A stretch of 64,000 nucleotides of DNA from Alphaproteobacteria bacterium. Its GTDB lineage: Bacteria > Pseudomonadota > Alphaproteobacteria > RF32 > CAG-239. The translations under genes were made by a program, and so were the position numbers. Positions 37,075-46,403 of the stretch are shown here, piece by piece. Location: positions 13,210 to 77,209 of the forward strand of contig CAAGHP010000016.1 in the NCBI GenBank assembly GCA_900769705.1, given 5' to 3'. The first letter of the stretch is position 1. Every line of letters begins with the position of its first letter. Under the pieces are notes generated by a model. The model was not told the DNA's origin. It saw only the letters and a list, made by a program, of their open reading frames with translations, and made no database searches.

Positions 37075-38496
37075 ATGCCTATTGATACACATACAAAAAT
37101 TCTAGCCACCGTAGGACCGGCAACCGCTTCGGAAGAAATGCTGGAAAAGCTGGTGCTGTCCGGCGTTGATGCTTTTCGTTTTAATTTTAGCCATGGTACG
37201 CATGAAGAGCATGCCGAACGCTATCAAATCGTGCGCAAATTGGCCGAAAAATATAAGCGCCACTTAACAGTAATTGCAGATATGCAAGGCCCTAAACTGC
37301 GTGTCGGCACTTTCAAAACCGATAAAGTCCTTCTCAAAAACGGCAGCACTTTTGTTTTGGATATGGATGAAAAGCCCGGTGATGAAACTCGTGTTATGTT
37401 GCCGCATAAAGAAATTTTTGAGGCGGTTAAAACCGGTGATATGCTGCTGCTGAACGACGGTAATATTGAACTTAAAGTCATTAAAAAAGACGGCTACAGA
37501 ATGGAAACCAAAGTTGTGGTTGGCGGTTATTTGTCAGCGCATAAAGGCGTAAACCTGCCAAATGTTAAACTGCCGATTTCCGCTATTACCGAAAAAGACA
37601 AGGTAGATTTGCAGTTTGCACTTTCTTTGGGTGTGGACTGGATTTGCCTTTCATTTGTGCAAAGCGTGGAAGATGTGCGTAATGCCCGCAAGCTTATAGG
37701 CGATAAAGCTTGGATAATTTCTAAATTGGAAAAGCCAAGCGCTATTACCGAATTGGATGATATTATTAAAGAATCTGACGGTATTATGGTAGCCCGCGGT
37801 GATTTGGGCGTGGAATGCCCGATTCAGACTGTGCCTGTGCTGCAGAAGCGTATTGTTAAAACTTGCCGTAAATATGCTCGTCCGGTGATTGTAGCCACTC
37901 AGATGCTGGAATCTATGATTAACAATCCGACTCCGACAAGAGCTGAAGTTTCTGACGTAGCAACCGCGGTTTATGACGGAGCCGATGCCGTTATGCTTTC
38001 GGCCGAAACCGCAACCGGCAGCTATCCGGCAGAAACTGTTTCAATGATGCACCATATTATCATGCAGGTTGAAAACGACCGTTCTTATTATTCATTTATT
38101 CAGCGTGACAAAGACTTGTCCGGTTGTGAAGATATGGCAGATGCCATTACTTATGCTGCCAGCGAAATGTCTGATGTTTTGCCGAATGTGGCTGCTGTTG
38201 TGACTTATACGGCTTCAGGTTTTACCACATTGTCTATGGCGCGCGAGCGTCCTGATTTGCCGATTTTAGCCGTTACCATGTCTTTGGAAGTTGCCCGCCG
38301 TATGGGTATTGTCTGGGGTGTAAAGAGTGTGGTAAATCATGAAGTTTTCCAAAATTTTGACCGTATGGAGCAAACGGCTGTTGAGGTTGCTCAAGAAAGC
38401 AAGCTTGGTAAAAAAGGCGATTATCTGATTATCACTGCCGGATATCCGATTGGACAGAGGGGGATGACTAATTTGATTCACACCGTCCAAATATAA
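37075..38496 (+). CDS. pyk: pyruvate kinase
   Basis: 473 aa; 'MVARGDLGVE' and 'IVATQMLESM' PK signature regions; RBS 'GAGGAAAA'. Confidence 0.9.
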   Translation: MPIDTHTKILATVGPATASEEMLEKLVLSGVDAFRFNFSHGTHEEHAERYQIVRKLAEKYKRHLTVIADMQGPKLRVGTFKTDKVLLKNGSTFVLDMDEKPGDETRVMLPHKEIFEAVKTGDMLLLNDGNIELKVIKKDGYRMETKVVVGGYLSAHKGVNLPNVKLPISAITEKDKVDLQFALSLGVDWICLSFVQSVEDVRNARKLIGDKAWIISKLEKPSAITELDDIIKESDGIMVARGDLGVECPIQTVPVLQKRIVKTCRKYARPVIVATQMLESMINNPTPTRAEVSDVATAVYDGADAVMLSAETATGSYPAETVSMMHHIIMQVENDRSYYSFIQRDKDLSGCEDMADAITYAASEMSDVLPNVAAVVTYTASGFTTLSMARERPDLPILAVTMSLEVARRMGIVWGVKSVVNHEVFQNFDRMEQTAVEVAQESKLGKKGDYLIITAGYPIGQRGMTNLIHTVQI

Positions 38497-38840
38497 TGAA
38501 ACTCGTCTAGCTGGTATCTGCTAGGGATTTTTGCGCTCGTGTACTAATCTGTACACGTCGCTTAAAAATTCCGTCGCATCTACGCACGCTATCCGAGTTT
38601 CTGAGAGTTTGTGCCGGTTGCAGCAATAAGCAGCCGGTATTTTTGTACGTTAAAATTTTCTCTCTTCTGGTTTTAACGCTATCTACACTACTATTTGCAA
38701 TTTTTGAGTTAGTGTATTTTGTGCTTATGTACTGGTTTGTACACTGCGAAAAAATCTTATTTTGCATTAAGCTCATTATCCGAATTTTTGCGAGTGAGAA
38801 CCGGTTGTTAGAAAATAGCAGCCGGTATTTTTGATAGGCT
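38497..38840. repeat. composite REP/MITE-like intergenic repeat block (locus 2)
   Basis: Begins at the first base after the pyk stop with 'gaaactcgtctag'. Shares the 'gcgctcgtgtacta..ctgtacac' and 'gtactggtttgtacactgcgaaaaaatctta.tttgcattaagctcattatccga' units with 30547-30860. Contains two copies of a 'ccggttg..cagccggtattttt' terminator-like hairpin. Confidence 0.55.
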
Positions 38841-38904
38841 AAAATTTCCTTTGCTTGGGATAGATTTTATTTATCTGCTTACTAAATAGTAGATAAAAAT
38901 ATAT

Positions 38905-39324
38905 CTATAGTGTATAAAATTTTTTTTCGGCAGGAGAAAATGTTATTGAAGAACGGATTGAAGATTTTACTTTTGTCTGAATAGCTTCAGGCAGAGTGCC
39001 GATTATTTTAAATTTTCCATTATTATACAACTCTTTAATTTGTTGCTTTTCAATTTTTTGCATACCGCCTTTACCGCAATGAATGCAGCAATCTTTAGTT
39101 AATTCTTCAGGCCAATCTTTTGTTGATAACTCTACTACTGAGGTCGTATCATATCTTGCGCGCAGTTTTACTTTTTCTACTTTTGAAGTAATGTATAAAT
39201 ATTCCATTGTTTCGGCGTTTACTATTATAATTAAGCGATGCTCTTTATCGCTGCCTATGGGTAAGGGCGCCTTGTAAACTTTCCATCTGTCCAATGGAAT
39301 CATCTTAAATGGCAAATCAATCAA
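38905..39324 (-). CDS. hypothetical protein; candidate toxin partner (PanT-like) of the upstream Panacea-domain protein
   Basis: 139 aa; start overlaps the stop of the Panacea-domain gene by 8 nt (operonic); no known toxin fold recognised; contains 'DCCIHCGKGG'. Confidence 0.4.
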   Translation of the reverse strand: MIDLPFKMIPLDRWKVYKAPLPIGSDKEHRLIIIVNAETMEYLYITSKVEKVKLRARYDTTSVVELSTKDWPEELTKDCCIHCGKGGMQKIEKQQIKELYNNGKFKIIGTLPEAIQTKVKSSIRSSITFSPAEKKFYTL

Positions 39325-39919
39325 TTTTATCTCTTAACGCATTTAAAAAATCTTCGTCCATGGTAAATACATCGTCATGCAAGCCTTTTGTTTTAGATTT
39401 TTCTAAAGTATCAGGGTTTAGTAAAAAGTCTTTTTCATCCATTAAAAAACGATTGCCATCAACACCCAATTTTTTCTCAAATTTTTTCCATTCAGGGTAA
39501 TCATGTGAAATATCACTCAAATCAAATTGACTGAACTTTCCAAAATTTGAAATAGAAAAATCTAAAGCTTCTTTAAAACTTTCTGAAAGTTCATCATCAC
39601 TTTGTGGTTTAATATAAACTGAATATTTATTAAGATTTTCAACGTCTTTTAATAAATTTGCGTCCGAAACTGCTGCACACTCAGGCAACCGGTGTTCCAT
39701 TATATCTTTAGCAGCTGAAGCAATTGGTCCCTTTTTTATGGCATAATAAGAATCATCAGAAGCTAAGCATCCATAATGACGCATATGATAACGATCTGCA
39801 AAGAATAAAATTTTTAAAAAATACATAACAGTTTGCTTGCTGTTGTTTGCAGCAGGAGCATGGTTTTGAATATAAAAAAGCGCTTGCAATATTTTGCGCA
39901 TAGAAATTGTATAAGACAT
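39317..39919 (-). CDS. Panacea (DUF4065) domain protein, putative antitoxin (SocA/PanA-like)
   Basis: 'KQTVMYFLKILFFADRYHMRHYGCLASDDSYYAIKKGPI' matches the DUF4065 core ('KLqKLlYfaq...AwkyGPV'). Confidence 0.55.
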   Translation of the reverse strand: MSYTISMRKILQALFYIQNHAPAANNSKQTVMYFLKILFFADRYHMRHYGCLASDDSYYAIKKGPIASAAKDIMEHRLPECAAVSDANLLKDVENLNKYSVYIKPQSDDELSESFKEALDFSISNFGKFSQFDLSDISHDYPEWKKFEKKLGVDGNRFLMDEKDFLLNPDTLEKSKTKGLHDDVFTMDEDFLNALRDKID

Positions 39920-40012
39920 TTTAATTCCTTTTCTTTACTAATTATATATTATTTTTATATAAAAATCAATATGTTTTATATCAGCTTGTTTAGTATTTAG
40001 TCATTTATATCA

Positions 40013-40891
40013 TTATTCCATTTCAACTGTAACTGAGCAGCTTTCGGTTGCGCCTGTACATTTTTTGCAAACTTCATTGATTTGCTGAGGGGTAATGCTT
40101 GTTAAACACTGTTTATTAGAACTCTTGCAATATTTGTCGCCGTACCAATAATTTGCGGAGTCATTATTACCTTTGCCGGAGCGCCATACACCGGTAAAGG
40201 TAATAAAGCTGTGCAAGGGCGCAAAAACATTAGCCATGATTTCTTCACAGAATTTAGCAGAAAATGCCGGAGTTGTGGCAGCTCCGTCTGCGTCATAGTT
40301 TGCACCGCCTATTCCTATGCTGAATACGACTCTGTTCCAGCGGGAAAATAAAGAGCTGTGGTTGCCGTAAGCATCTAAAAAAGATGTGTTGTGATATGCG
40401 GCGGCGTTTTGGTCTATAGTCCAATTATCAGGGACTAATCCTAAGGCTTGTATGGTGTCAGCTATGCCGTATACATCGCCTCTGGAATTTAGTTTTTTAA
40501 AGTCTGAAAGATGTTCTACTAACCCCTGAACAAGCAGGTTATATTCTCCGATTGCCTTGGTTAGTTTAAATTTTTCCATGGCTTTGGAATATCCGGCAAT
40601 ACCGCCGACACTCAGCACAGCGATTATTGACAGAACGCCCAGCATCTCAATCATGGAACGGCCAAGTTGCAACACACTCCTATTGTCATCCTTGGCTTTG
40701 AGCGTCAGCTCATTCGCCGAGGATCCAGGATGGTACATCCGATTCAATGGTATTGCCTTTATATTCCTGGATTCTCGCGATAGTTCGCTATGCTCACACG
40801 CAAGAATGACGTTGCGAGAGAAGGCGAAAAAACGAGAGATATTACTATTTCCTTCTGTAAATTTATCGTTGCTTTTCAAATTCTTATACAT
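40013..40891 (-). CDS. prepilin-like protein, paralog 3, with long N-terminal extension
   Basis: Start reassigned to 'MYKNLKSND', with RBS 'GGAG' 9 nt upstream, the same context as paralogs 1 and 4. '...RMYHPGSSANELTLKAKDDNRSVLQLG|RSMIEMLGVLSIIAVLSVGGIAGYS'; C-terminal Cys motif. Confidence 0.5.
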   Translation of the reverse strand: MYKNLKSNDKFTEGNSNISRFFAFSRNVILACEHSELSRESRNIKAIPLNRMYHPGSSANELTLKAKDDNRSVLQLGRSMIEMLGVLSIIAVLSVGGIAGYSKAMEKFKLTKAIGEYNLLVQGLVEHLSDFKKLNSRGDVYGIADTIQALGLVPDNWTIDQNAAAYHNTSFLDAYGNHSSLFSRWNRVVFSIGIGGANYDADGAATTPAFSAKFCEEIMANVFAPLHSFITFTGVWRSGKGNNDSANYWYGDKYCKSSNKQCLTSITPQQINEVCKKCTGATESCSVTVEME

Positions 40892-40917
40892 ATTTTCTAA
40901 CTCCGAAATTGTTACAT

Positions 40918-41097
40918 AAAAACAAAACCCGCTGTACAAAAGCGGGCGGATGTTAGTAAACCGTATATATGCAAACGGCTCGGCTTATTCAGCCATATAG
41001 CCTTATTTAGCCGACATCCGTCCAACGGAAATCGGCATAAAAAATTTAAGTCGTTTATGCTCAAGCGACCGCATATATAAAGGGTTACTACGCCCTG
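40918..41097 (-). promoter_or_regulatory. conserved structured 5' leader element, copy B, with terminator hairpin, upstream of prepilin-like paralog 3
   Basis: Reverse complement aligns block-for-block with 18319-18497 and 52933-53112. Terminator 'cccgct-tttgtac-agcggg' plus 'ttttgttttt'. Confidence 0.45.
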
Positions 41098-41197
41098 AAA
41101 GCACTATTGCACTTTCACATTTTAATTTAGCTGAGACGTATTGAAAAGTAAAGCTAAAAAAACACCCCTGATAAAAAATCAGAGGCGTTTTTTTTGA

Positions 41198-42136
41198 TTA
41201 GTCATCCAAAAACGGATGTATCATAACCGTGCGGTAGTTGTGCATAAATTCACTTTTAACCGCTTCTGCCCTAAATCTCGGAGCCATTTGCTTGAAATAG
41301 AGATTCTTCTCGCGAAACAGCTCAACGCATTTGTTTAGGTTGATTTTCTGATTGCGGCTTTTAGCCAGCCAATCCAGAGTTTTCAAAAACAGTTCAACCG
41401 GTTTCATCAGGCTCAAATTCTGTGGAATTTGCTGAATTATATAGTCCAGAGGTTTGCCGGTGGTATCCATATCCTCAATGATTTTGTTCAAATCATGCAC
41501 AATATTACCAATCAGGCGTGTTGCTTGGATATATACCACGTCATTTTTAGAATCCGGCTCCAGCTTATCGACTAACAAGTCATGCGCATATTCAGTCAAA
41601 TCACAACCGATGTCATCATTCATCTGTTGTCCGAAAAGGTAATTTGCATTGTCCTTTTTGCGGGCTTCATCCAAATCGGCTATAGCCGGTTGGACGGAAT
41701 CTGGATCAATCGCCAAGCAAACCGGAAGCATCAACAGCAGCTTGTTACGGTAAAAATGTATCAGCGTTGCAAACGCATTTAGTGGTTTGTCCGGCTTTGT
41801 CAAAGCGGCGCAGTCCCAATCAATATACATTTGCACCAGCTGCTGCACTTTGCTTTGCGGGTAGTCAACGTGGTGAGACTGATGTCTGCGGTGAATGCGT
41901 TGTATCTGCTTTTCATTAAGCCAAGGCACAGCGTATAAAAGCAGTTTGTCGCAATCGTGCAGCCAACCGGAAAGAGAATAGCGTCCGGTTAAATAGTGTT
42001 CGCGTTCCAAAAAGGCAAGCTTATGCTCAAGTGTATAAGCTTCATCCGGAATTCGCCAAAAACTGTTCGGCTGCCATTTGGCACTGATTTTACCTAAAAC
42101 CTGTTTACTGAAATCATTTAAAAAATGTATAGCCAT
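41198..42136 (-). CDS. hypothetical protein, possible HD-domain phosphohydrolase
   Basis: 312 aa; 'GWLHDCDK' followed by 'HRRHQSHHVD' suggests an H..HD..H..H..D metal-binding pattern; weak. Confidence 0.35.
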   Translation of the reverse strand: MAIHFLNDFSKQVLGKISAKWQPNSFWRIPDEAYTLEHKLAFLEREHYLTGRYSLSGWLHDCDKLLLYAVPWLNEKQIQRIHRRHQSHHVDYPQSKVQQLVQMYIDWDCAALTKPDKPLNAFATLIHFYRNKLLLMLPVCLAIDPDSVQPAIADLDEARKKDNANYLFGQQMNDDIGCDLTEYAHDLLVDKLEPDSKNDVVYIQATRLIGNIVHDLNKIIEDMDTTGKPLDYIIQQIPQNLSLMKPVELFLKTLDWLAKSRNQKINLNKCVELFREKNLYFKQMAPRFRAEAVKSEFMHNYRTVMIHPFLDD

Positions 42137-42271
42137 AAATATAAAAAATTAAAAATTTATAATTGTGTTTAGTATACAGTTTCTAAAAAGAAAGTCAAGC
42201 ATTTTGTCTAAAAATAGCCCGATATAAATAAAGACCGTATTTCTACGGCCTTTAACAAAATTGTGATATTT

Positions 42272-42739
42272 TTATTCCATATTTCCCAGCAGGCGGTTTT
42301 TAACTACATCTCCGACTTTTATATTGTTGGCTTTAACTTGTCCGGCATTGACTTCCAACACGGCGCGCGGACGTTTCGGCGGATAAATTCCGTCTGTTGA
42401 ATAAGGCTTTGCATTTTCATAAATGTAAAAAATTCTACCTGTGGCATCAATAAATATCATGTCCAGCGGAATAAGGGTGTCTTTCATCCACATAGCAACG
42501 TCTATATCTTGCGGAACAATGTTTACATCCATAATCAAACCTGAATCTTCTGCCAACGAGCTGCGTCCCATTAAGCCTTGATAAAGCAGTTCTTTTGTGT
42601 CGGCAACTTCAACGTTGTATTCGTATTGCGCATTTTCAGACTGAATAATCAATTTTTCGGTTTTGTTATCATCTTTTTTAGAGCAGGCAGCAGCCAAAAT
42701 CAAAGCTGATAACGCAAAAACTTTTAATAACTTATACAT
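42272..42739 (-). CDS. DUF192 family protein (signal peptide/lipoprotein)
   Basis: 155 aa; lipobox 'LAAACS'; 'MWMKDTLIPLDMIFID' is the DUF192 (COG1430) core. Confidence 0.5.
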   Translation of the reverse strand: MYKLLKVFALSALILAAACSKKDDNKTEKLIIQSENAQYEYNVEVADTKELLYQGLMGRSSLAEDSGLIMDVNIVPQDIDVAMWMKDTLIPLDMIFIDATGRIFYIYENAKPYSTDGIYPPKRPRAVLEVNAGQVKANNIKVGDVVKNRLLGNME

Positions 42740-42904
42740 AATTTCTCCTTATTCAGTATTAACACTGAAAAACAGTATAGCAAATTTTTTACCAAATTCA
42801 ATACTAAAAAAGCAGAATATATTTGTTATAAAATAGATTTTAAGGCTTGTCACGCTCAAGTATTTTTAGTAAAATGCAGCAAAATTAACAAAATACGGAG
42901 ATGC

Positions 42905-43396
42905 ATGATGAAAGCGCTTGGTTTATTGGTATGTGCAAGTTTAATGTCGGGCGGATGCACCGATTTGCTTAACGGTAGGCCGTGCAGGTATCAGCTCAAA
43001 GAAACTGTTTCGCTTATGCATATTCAAAAAACGCCGAAAACGAAAAAATTGGCTCAGGTTATTTATTTTGCTGACGGAAGTGCTAATTTGACCAAAGCCG
43101 AAAAGTATAGTTTAAGGTTGATTGCGCAAAAAGCCCGACAAATGAATGTCGATATAACGGTTATGGGGCATTCTTCAAGCCGCACTAAGCCTGTTTCGGT
43201 GGTGGAACATACAATGATTAACCTGAATATTTCCAATCTACGTGCTGTCAATGTTATAAATGTTTTAGCCGAAGACGGTGTGCCTTTGCACAAAATGCGC
43301 TATGAGGCGCTTTCGGACAGCAGTCCGGCCGAGTCTGAAGTAAATGCCAAAGCCGAAGCCTTAAACCGCCGTGTTGAAATTTTTTATGTATATTAA
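42905..43396 (+). CDS. OmpA-family (OmpA/MotB C-terminal domain) lipoprotein
   Basis: Lipobox 'LMSGGC'; C-terminal 'NRRVEIFYV' peptidoglycan-binding OmpA-like signature. Confidence 0.5.
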   Translation: MMKALGLLVCASLMSGGCTDLLNGRPCRYQLKETVSLMHIQKTPKTKKLAQVIYFADGSANLTKAEKYSLRLIAQKARQMNVDITVMGHSSSRTKPVSVVEHTMINLNISNLRAVNVINVLAEDGVPLHKMRYEALSDSSPAESEVNAKAEALNRRVEIFYVY

Positions 43397-43411
43397 GGTT
43401 TTGGGCGGCAA

Positions 43412-45172
43412 ATGGAAGATAAAAAAATATCTTTAGGCGGAAATATTTGGAAATTGGCAGCTGTGGACGACGGTTTGGCCGATAGAATGGCTTTGGCCTA
43501 TAACCTGCCTAACTTTTTGGCTCGTTTATTGTGTGTGCGGGAAGTGGCTTTTAATGAGGTGAATAATTTTATTAACCCCAAGGTGCAGAATCTGATGCCG
43601 GATCCGTATGTGCTTAAAGATATGAAAAAAGCGGCCGAACGTGTGGCGCAGGCAATACTGAATAATGAAAAAATCGCGATTATCGGCGATTATGATGTGG
43701 ACGGCGCGACGTCAACTTCGGAACTGACCAGATTTTTTAGAGCCGTCGGAATAAAACCGCAAATCCATATTCCAAGCCGTGAAGAAGGGTATGGACCGAG
43801 CGATTTGGCCTTCAACGAATTTAAAGAAACCGAAACAAAACTGGTTATTACCATAGATTGCGGCACAACCGCTTTTGATGTTTTGAACAGAGCTGCGGAA
43901 AACGGGTTTGAAATAATAGTTATCGACCACCACGAAGCAGAAGCAAAATTGCCGGCAGTTTTTGCAGTGATAAATCCCAAAAGATTAGATGAAGACAATC
44001 AATATCCGTATTTGGCTTATATGTCGGCAGTGGGCGTAGGTTTTATGTTTTTGGTTGCCCTAAATCGCGTGCTGCGCAATAAAGGATTTTATCAAAACCG
44101 TCAAACACCGGATTTGATGAGTTTATTGGATTTGGTGGCATTGGGAACGGTGTGCGACGTTGTGCCTTTACTTGGATTAAATCGGGCTTATGTGCGGCAA
44201 GGGCTGAAAGTGATGGCTCAACAGCACAATATGGGATTGAAAAGCCTACTGAAAGTTTCGGGCGTAGATAGTGCGCCGAGTGCGTATCATCTAGGGTTTG
44301 TCTTGGGACCGCGTATCAATGCCTGCGGGCGGGTAGGCGATGCATCTTTGGGCAGCCGTCTGCTTTGCACCGAAAATGAAACGGAAGCGCAAATGCTGTC
44401 AGAAAAGTTTAATGCATTTAATGCTGAGCGCAAAGATATAGAAAATTATGTGCTGCTGCAAGCCATAGAACAGGTTGAGGGAAAAGTTCAGGAATATCCC
44501 ATCGCTTTTGCCTGCGGCGATGACTGGCATCAGGGAGTAATCGGCATTGTAGCCGGAAAATTGAAAGAACGCTATAATGTTCCGGCGTTTGTGATGTCGA
44601 TTGAACCGGATGAAGTTAAAGGCTCGGCGCGTTCAATTGAAGGCATAGATTTGGGCGCATTGATTATTGCCGCTAAGGAAAAAGGCGTAATAACCGGCGG
44701 TGGCGGGCATATTATGGCGGCTGGTTTTTCGCTGAAAACAGAACAGATACCGGAATTTAAAAAATTTGTCGGAGAATATGTGGAAAAGCAATTAGGCAAA
44801 GAAAAAATCATTCCGGAAATAAAAATAGATTTGGCTTTGTCTTTGCAGGGTGTAACCGAAGAATTTGCCGATGGTTTGGCTAAGCTGGAACCTTATGGCG
44901 CCGGAAATCCGGAACCGGTTATTTTGCTGAAAAACGTAAATATCGGCAGAGCGCGTTTAGTAGGCAGCGGTCATGTCAGCTGTTTTTTAGGCTCGCCGTA
45001 CGGAGGAAGTCTTAAAGCTATTGCATTCAGAGCGGCAGATAATGAAATCGGCAGTGCAATGCTGAACGGCAACGGCGAACTGTTTGATGTGGTCGGACAG
45101 ATAAAAACTGATGTTTGGCAAGGACGCAAAACAATTCAGATGATTATTAACGATATAAAAAGAGTTGGATAA
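43412..45172 (+). CDS. recJ: single-stranded-DNA-specific exonuclease RecJ
   Basis: DHH motifs 'IIGDYDVDGATS', 'ITIDCGT', 'VIDHHE'; DHHA1 'GGGHIMAAG'. Confidence 0.85.
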   Translation: MEDKKISLGGNIWKLAAVDDGLADRMALAYNLPNFLARLLCVREVAFNEVNNFINPKVQNLMPDPYVLKDMKKAAERVAQAILNNEKIAIIGDYDVDGATSTSELTRFFRAVGIKPQIHIPSREEGYGPSDLAFNEFKETETKLVITIDCGTTAFDVLNRAAENGFEIIVIDHHEAEAKLPAVFAVINPKRLDEDNQYPYLAYMSAVGVGFMFLVALNRVLRNKGFYQNRQTPDLMSLLDLVALGTVCDVVPLLGLNRAYVRQGLKVMAQQHNMGLKSLLKVSGVDSAPSAYHLGFVLGPRINACGRVGDASLGSRLLCTENETEAQMLSEKFNAFNAERKDIENYVLLQAIEQVEGKVQEYPIAFACGDDWHQGVIGIVAGKLKERYNVPAFVMSIEPDEVKGSARSIEGIDLGALIIAAKEKGVITGGGGHIMAAGFSLKTEQIPEFKKFVGEYVEKQLGKEKIIPEIKIDLALSLQGVTEEFADGLAKLEPYGAGNPEPVILLKNVNIGRARLVGSGHVSCFLGSPYGGSLKAIAFRAADNEIGSAMLNGNGELFDVVGQIKTDVWQGRKTIQMIINDIKRVG

Positions 45173-45837
45173 TGAAAGAGGAAAAAATTGAAGAAGCCTC
45201 ACGCAAAGTGAGCAGTAAAATAAAAAGCTATTTTTTTACAGGCATTGTGGTAACGGCGCCGGTAGCAATTACGGTATATATGTCATATCATCTTTTGATA
45301 TGGATTAACGATGTTACCAGCCGTTTGGTTCCAAAACAGTGGACAATCGGCGATTTTGTGCCGTATGCAGTGCCGGGGGCAGGGTTGGTGTTGCTGATAG
45401 TGGCGATGATTATTATCGGTATGCTTACAACCGGCTATGTCGGAAAGTTTTTTGTGCGTTTATGGGAAGCTTTGGTTCGTAAAATGCCGATTGTATCCAG
45501 CATTTATTCGCTGATGAAACAGATTTTTGAAACATTTTTATCGCAGAAAACCCGTTCATTCAGCGAAGTGGTTTTGGTGGAATATCCGCGCAAAGGACTG
45601 TGGACAATCGCTTTTGTAAGCAAAGACGAAACCGGAGGCGAGGTTGATACCAAAATCAAAAACAAAACAATCAGTATTTTTGTACCGACTACACCGAACC
45701 CGACTTCCGGCTTTTTGATTTTTGTACCGGAAAATGATGTGGTTAAGTTGGATATGAGTGTTGAAGAAGGTATAAAATATGTTATATCGTGCGGTATAGT
45801 CGCACCGACAGAATTAGAAGATAGGATAAAAGAATAA
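45172..45837 (+). CDS. DUF502 family membrane protein
   Basis: 221 aa; two N-terminal TM helices; 'PTTPNPTSGFLIFVPE' DUF502 signature. Confidence 0.5.
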   Translation: MKEEKIEEASRKVSSKIKSYFFTGIVVTAPVAITVYMSYHLLIWINDVTSRLVPKQWTIGDFVPYAVPGAGLVLLIVAMIIIGMLTTGYVGKFFVRLWEALVRKMPIVSSIYSLMKQIFETFLSQKTRSFSEVVLVEYPRKGLWTIAFVSKDETGGEVDTKIKNKTISIFVPTTPNPTSGFLIFVPENDVVKLDMSVEEGIKYVISCGIVAPTELEDRIKE

Positions 45838-46382
45838 TGAAAAAAACAGGACTACTGCTTGCTTTGCTGCTTTTGAGCGTTAAACCTGCCGCAGCTGGGA
45901 CTTTGGCTGAATGGGGAAAATTTTTGGCAGAAGATATAAAAGATATCAGATGTCAGCATAATTATGATGTTTATTTGCCATTTTATGCTTGGCACAACCG
46001 TTTAGCGTACGATCAAGAGCATATTGATAAATATAATGAAAACGCCTGGGGTTTTGGTTTGGGCATTTCACATACCAATGACGAGCACACTTGGTCTGGT
46101 TTATATGCTATGGGCTTTAAGGATTCCAATTCTTATTTGGAAACATATTTCGGCTATGCCCGACAATGGAATTGGACCGCGGGAGATGAAAATCAATGGA
46201 GCGCCGGAATCGGCTACACTTTGGGTTTAACCCAACGCCACGAGTATGCTTATATTCCTGTGCCGCTGCCTCTGCCTTTGTTTGGTGTCGGCTATCGCAA
46301 TGTTAATCTGCAGGCAGCGTATGTGCCGGGGATTAAAAATGACGGCAACGTTTTGTTTGTGTTCACTCGTTTTAGTTTTTAG
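45837..46382 (+). CDS. pagP: lipid A palmitoyltransferase PagP (outer-membrane beta-barrel)
   Basis: Close match to PagP. 'WHNRLAYDQEHIDKYNENAWGFGLG...GLYAMGFKDS...YIPVPLPLPLFGVGY...GNVLFVFTRFSF' parallels E. coli PagP '[26 protein letters not shown]...GLYAMAFKDS...YIPLPVLLPLASVGY...GNVYFAWMRFQF'. Confidence 0.7.
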   Translation: MKKTGLLLALLLLSVKPAAAGTLAEWGKFLAEDIKDIRCQHNYDVYLPFYAWHNRLAYDQEHIDKYNENAWGFGLGISHTNDEHTWSGLYAMGFKDSNSYLETYFGYARQWNWTAGDENQWSAGIGYTLGLTQRHEYAYIPVPLPLPLFGVGYRNVNLQAAYVPGIKNDGNVLFVFTRFSF

Positions 46383-46403
46383 TTTGTTGTAAGGAGCAAA
46401 ATT

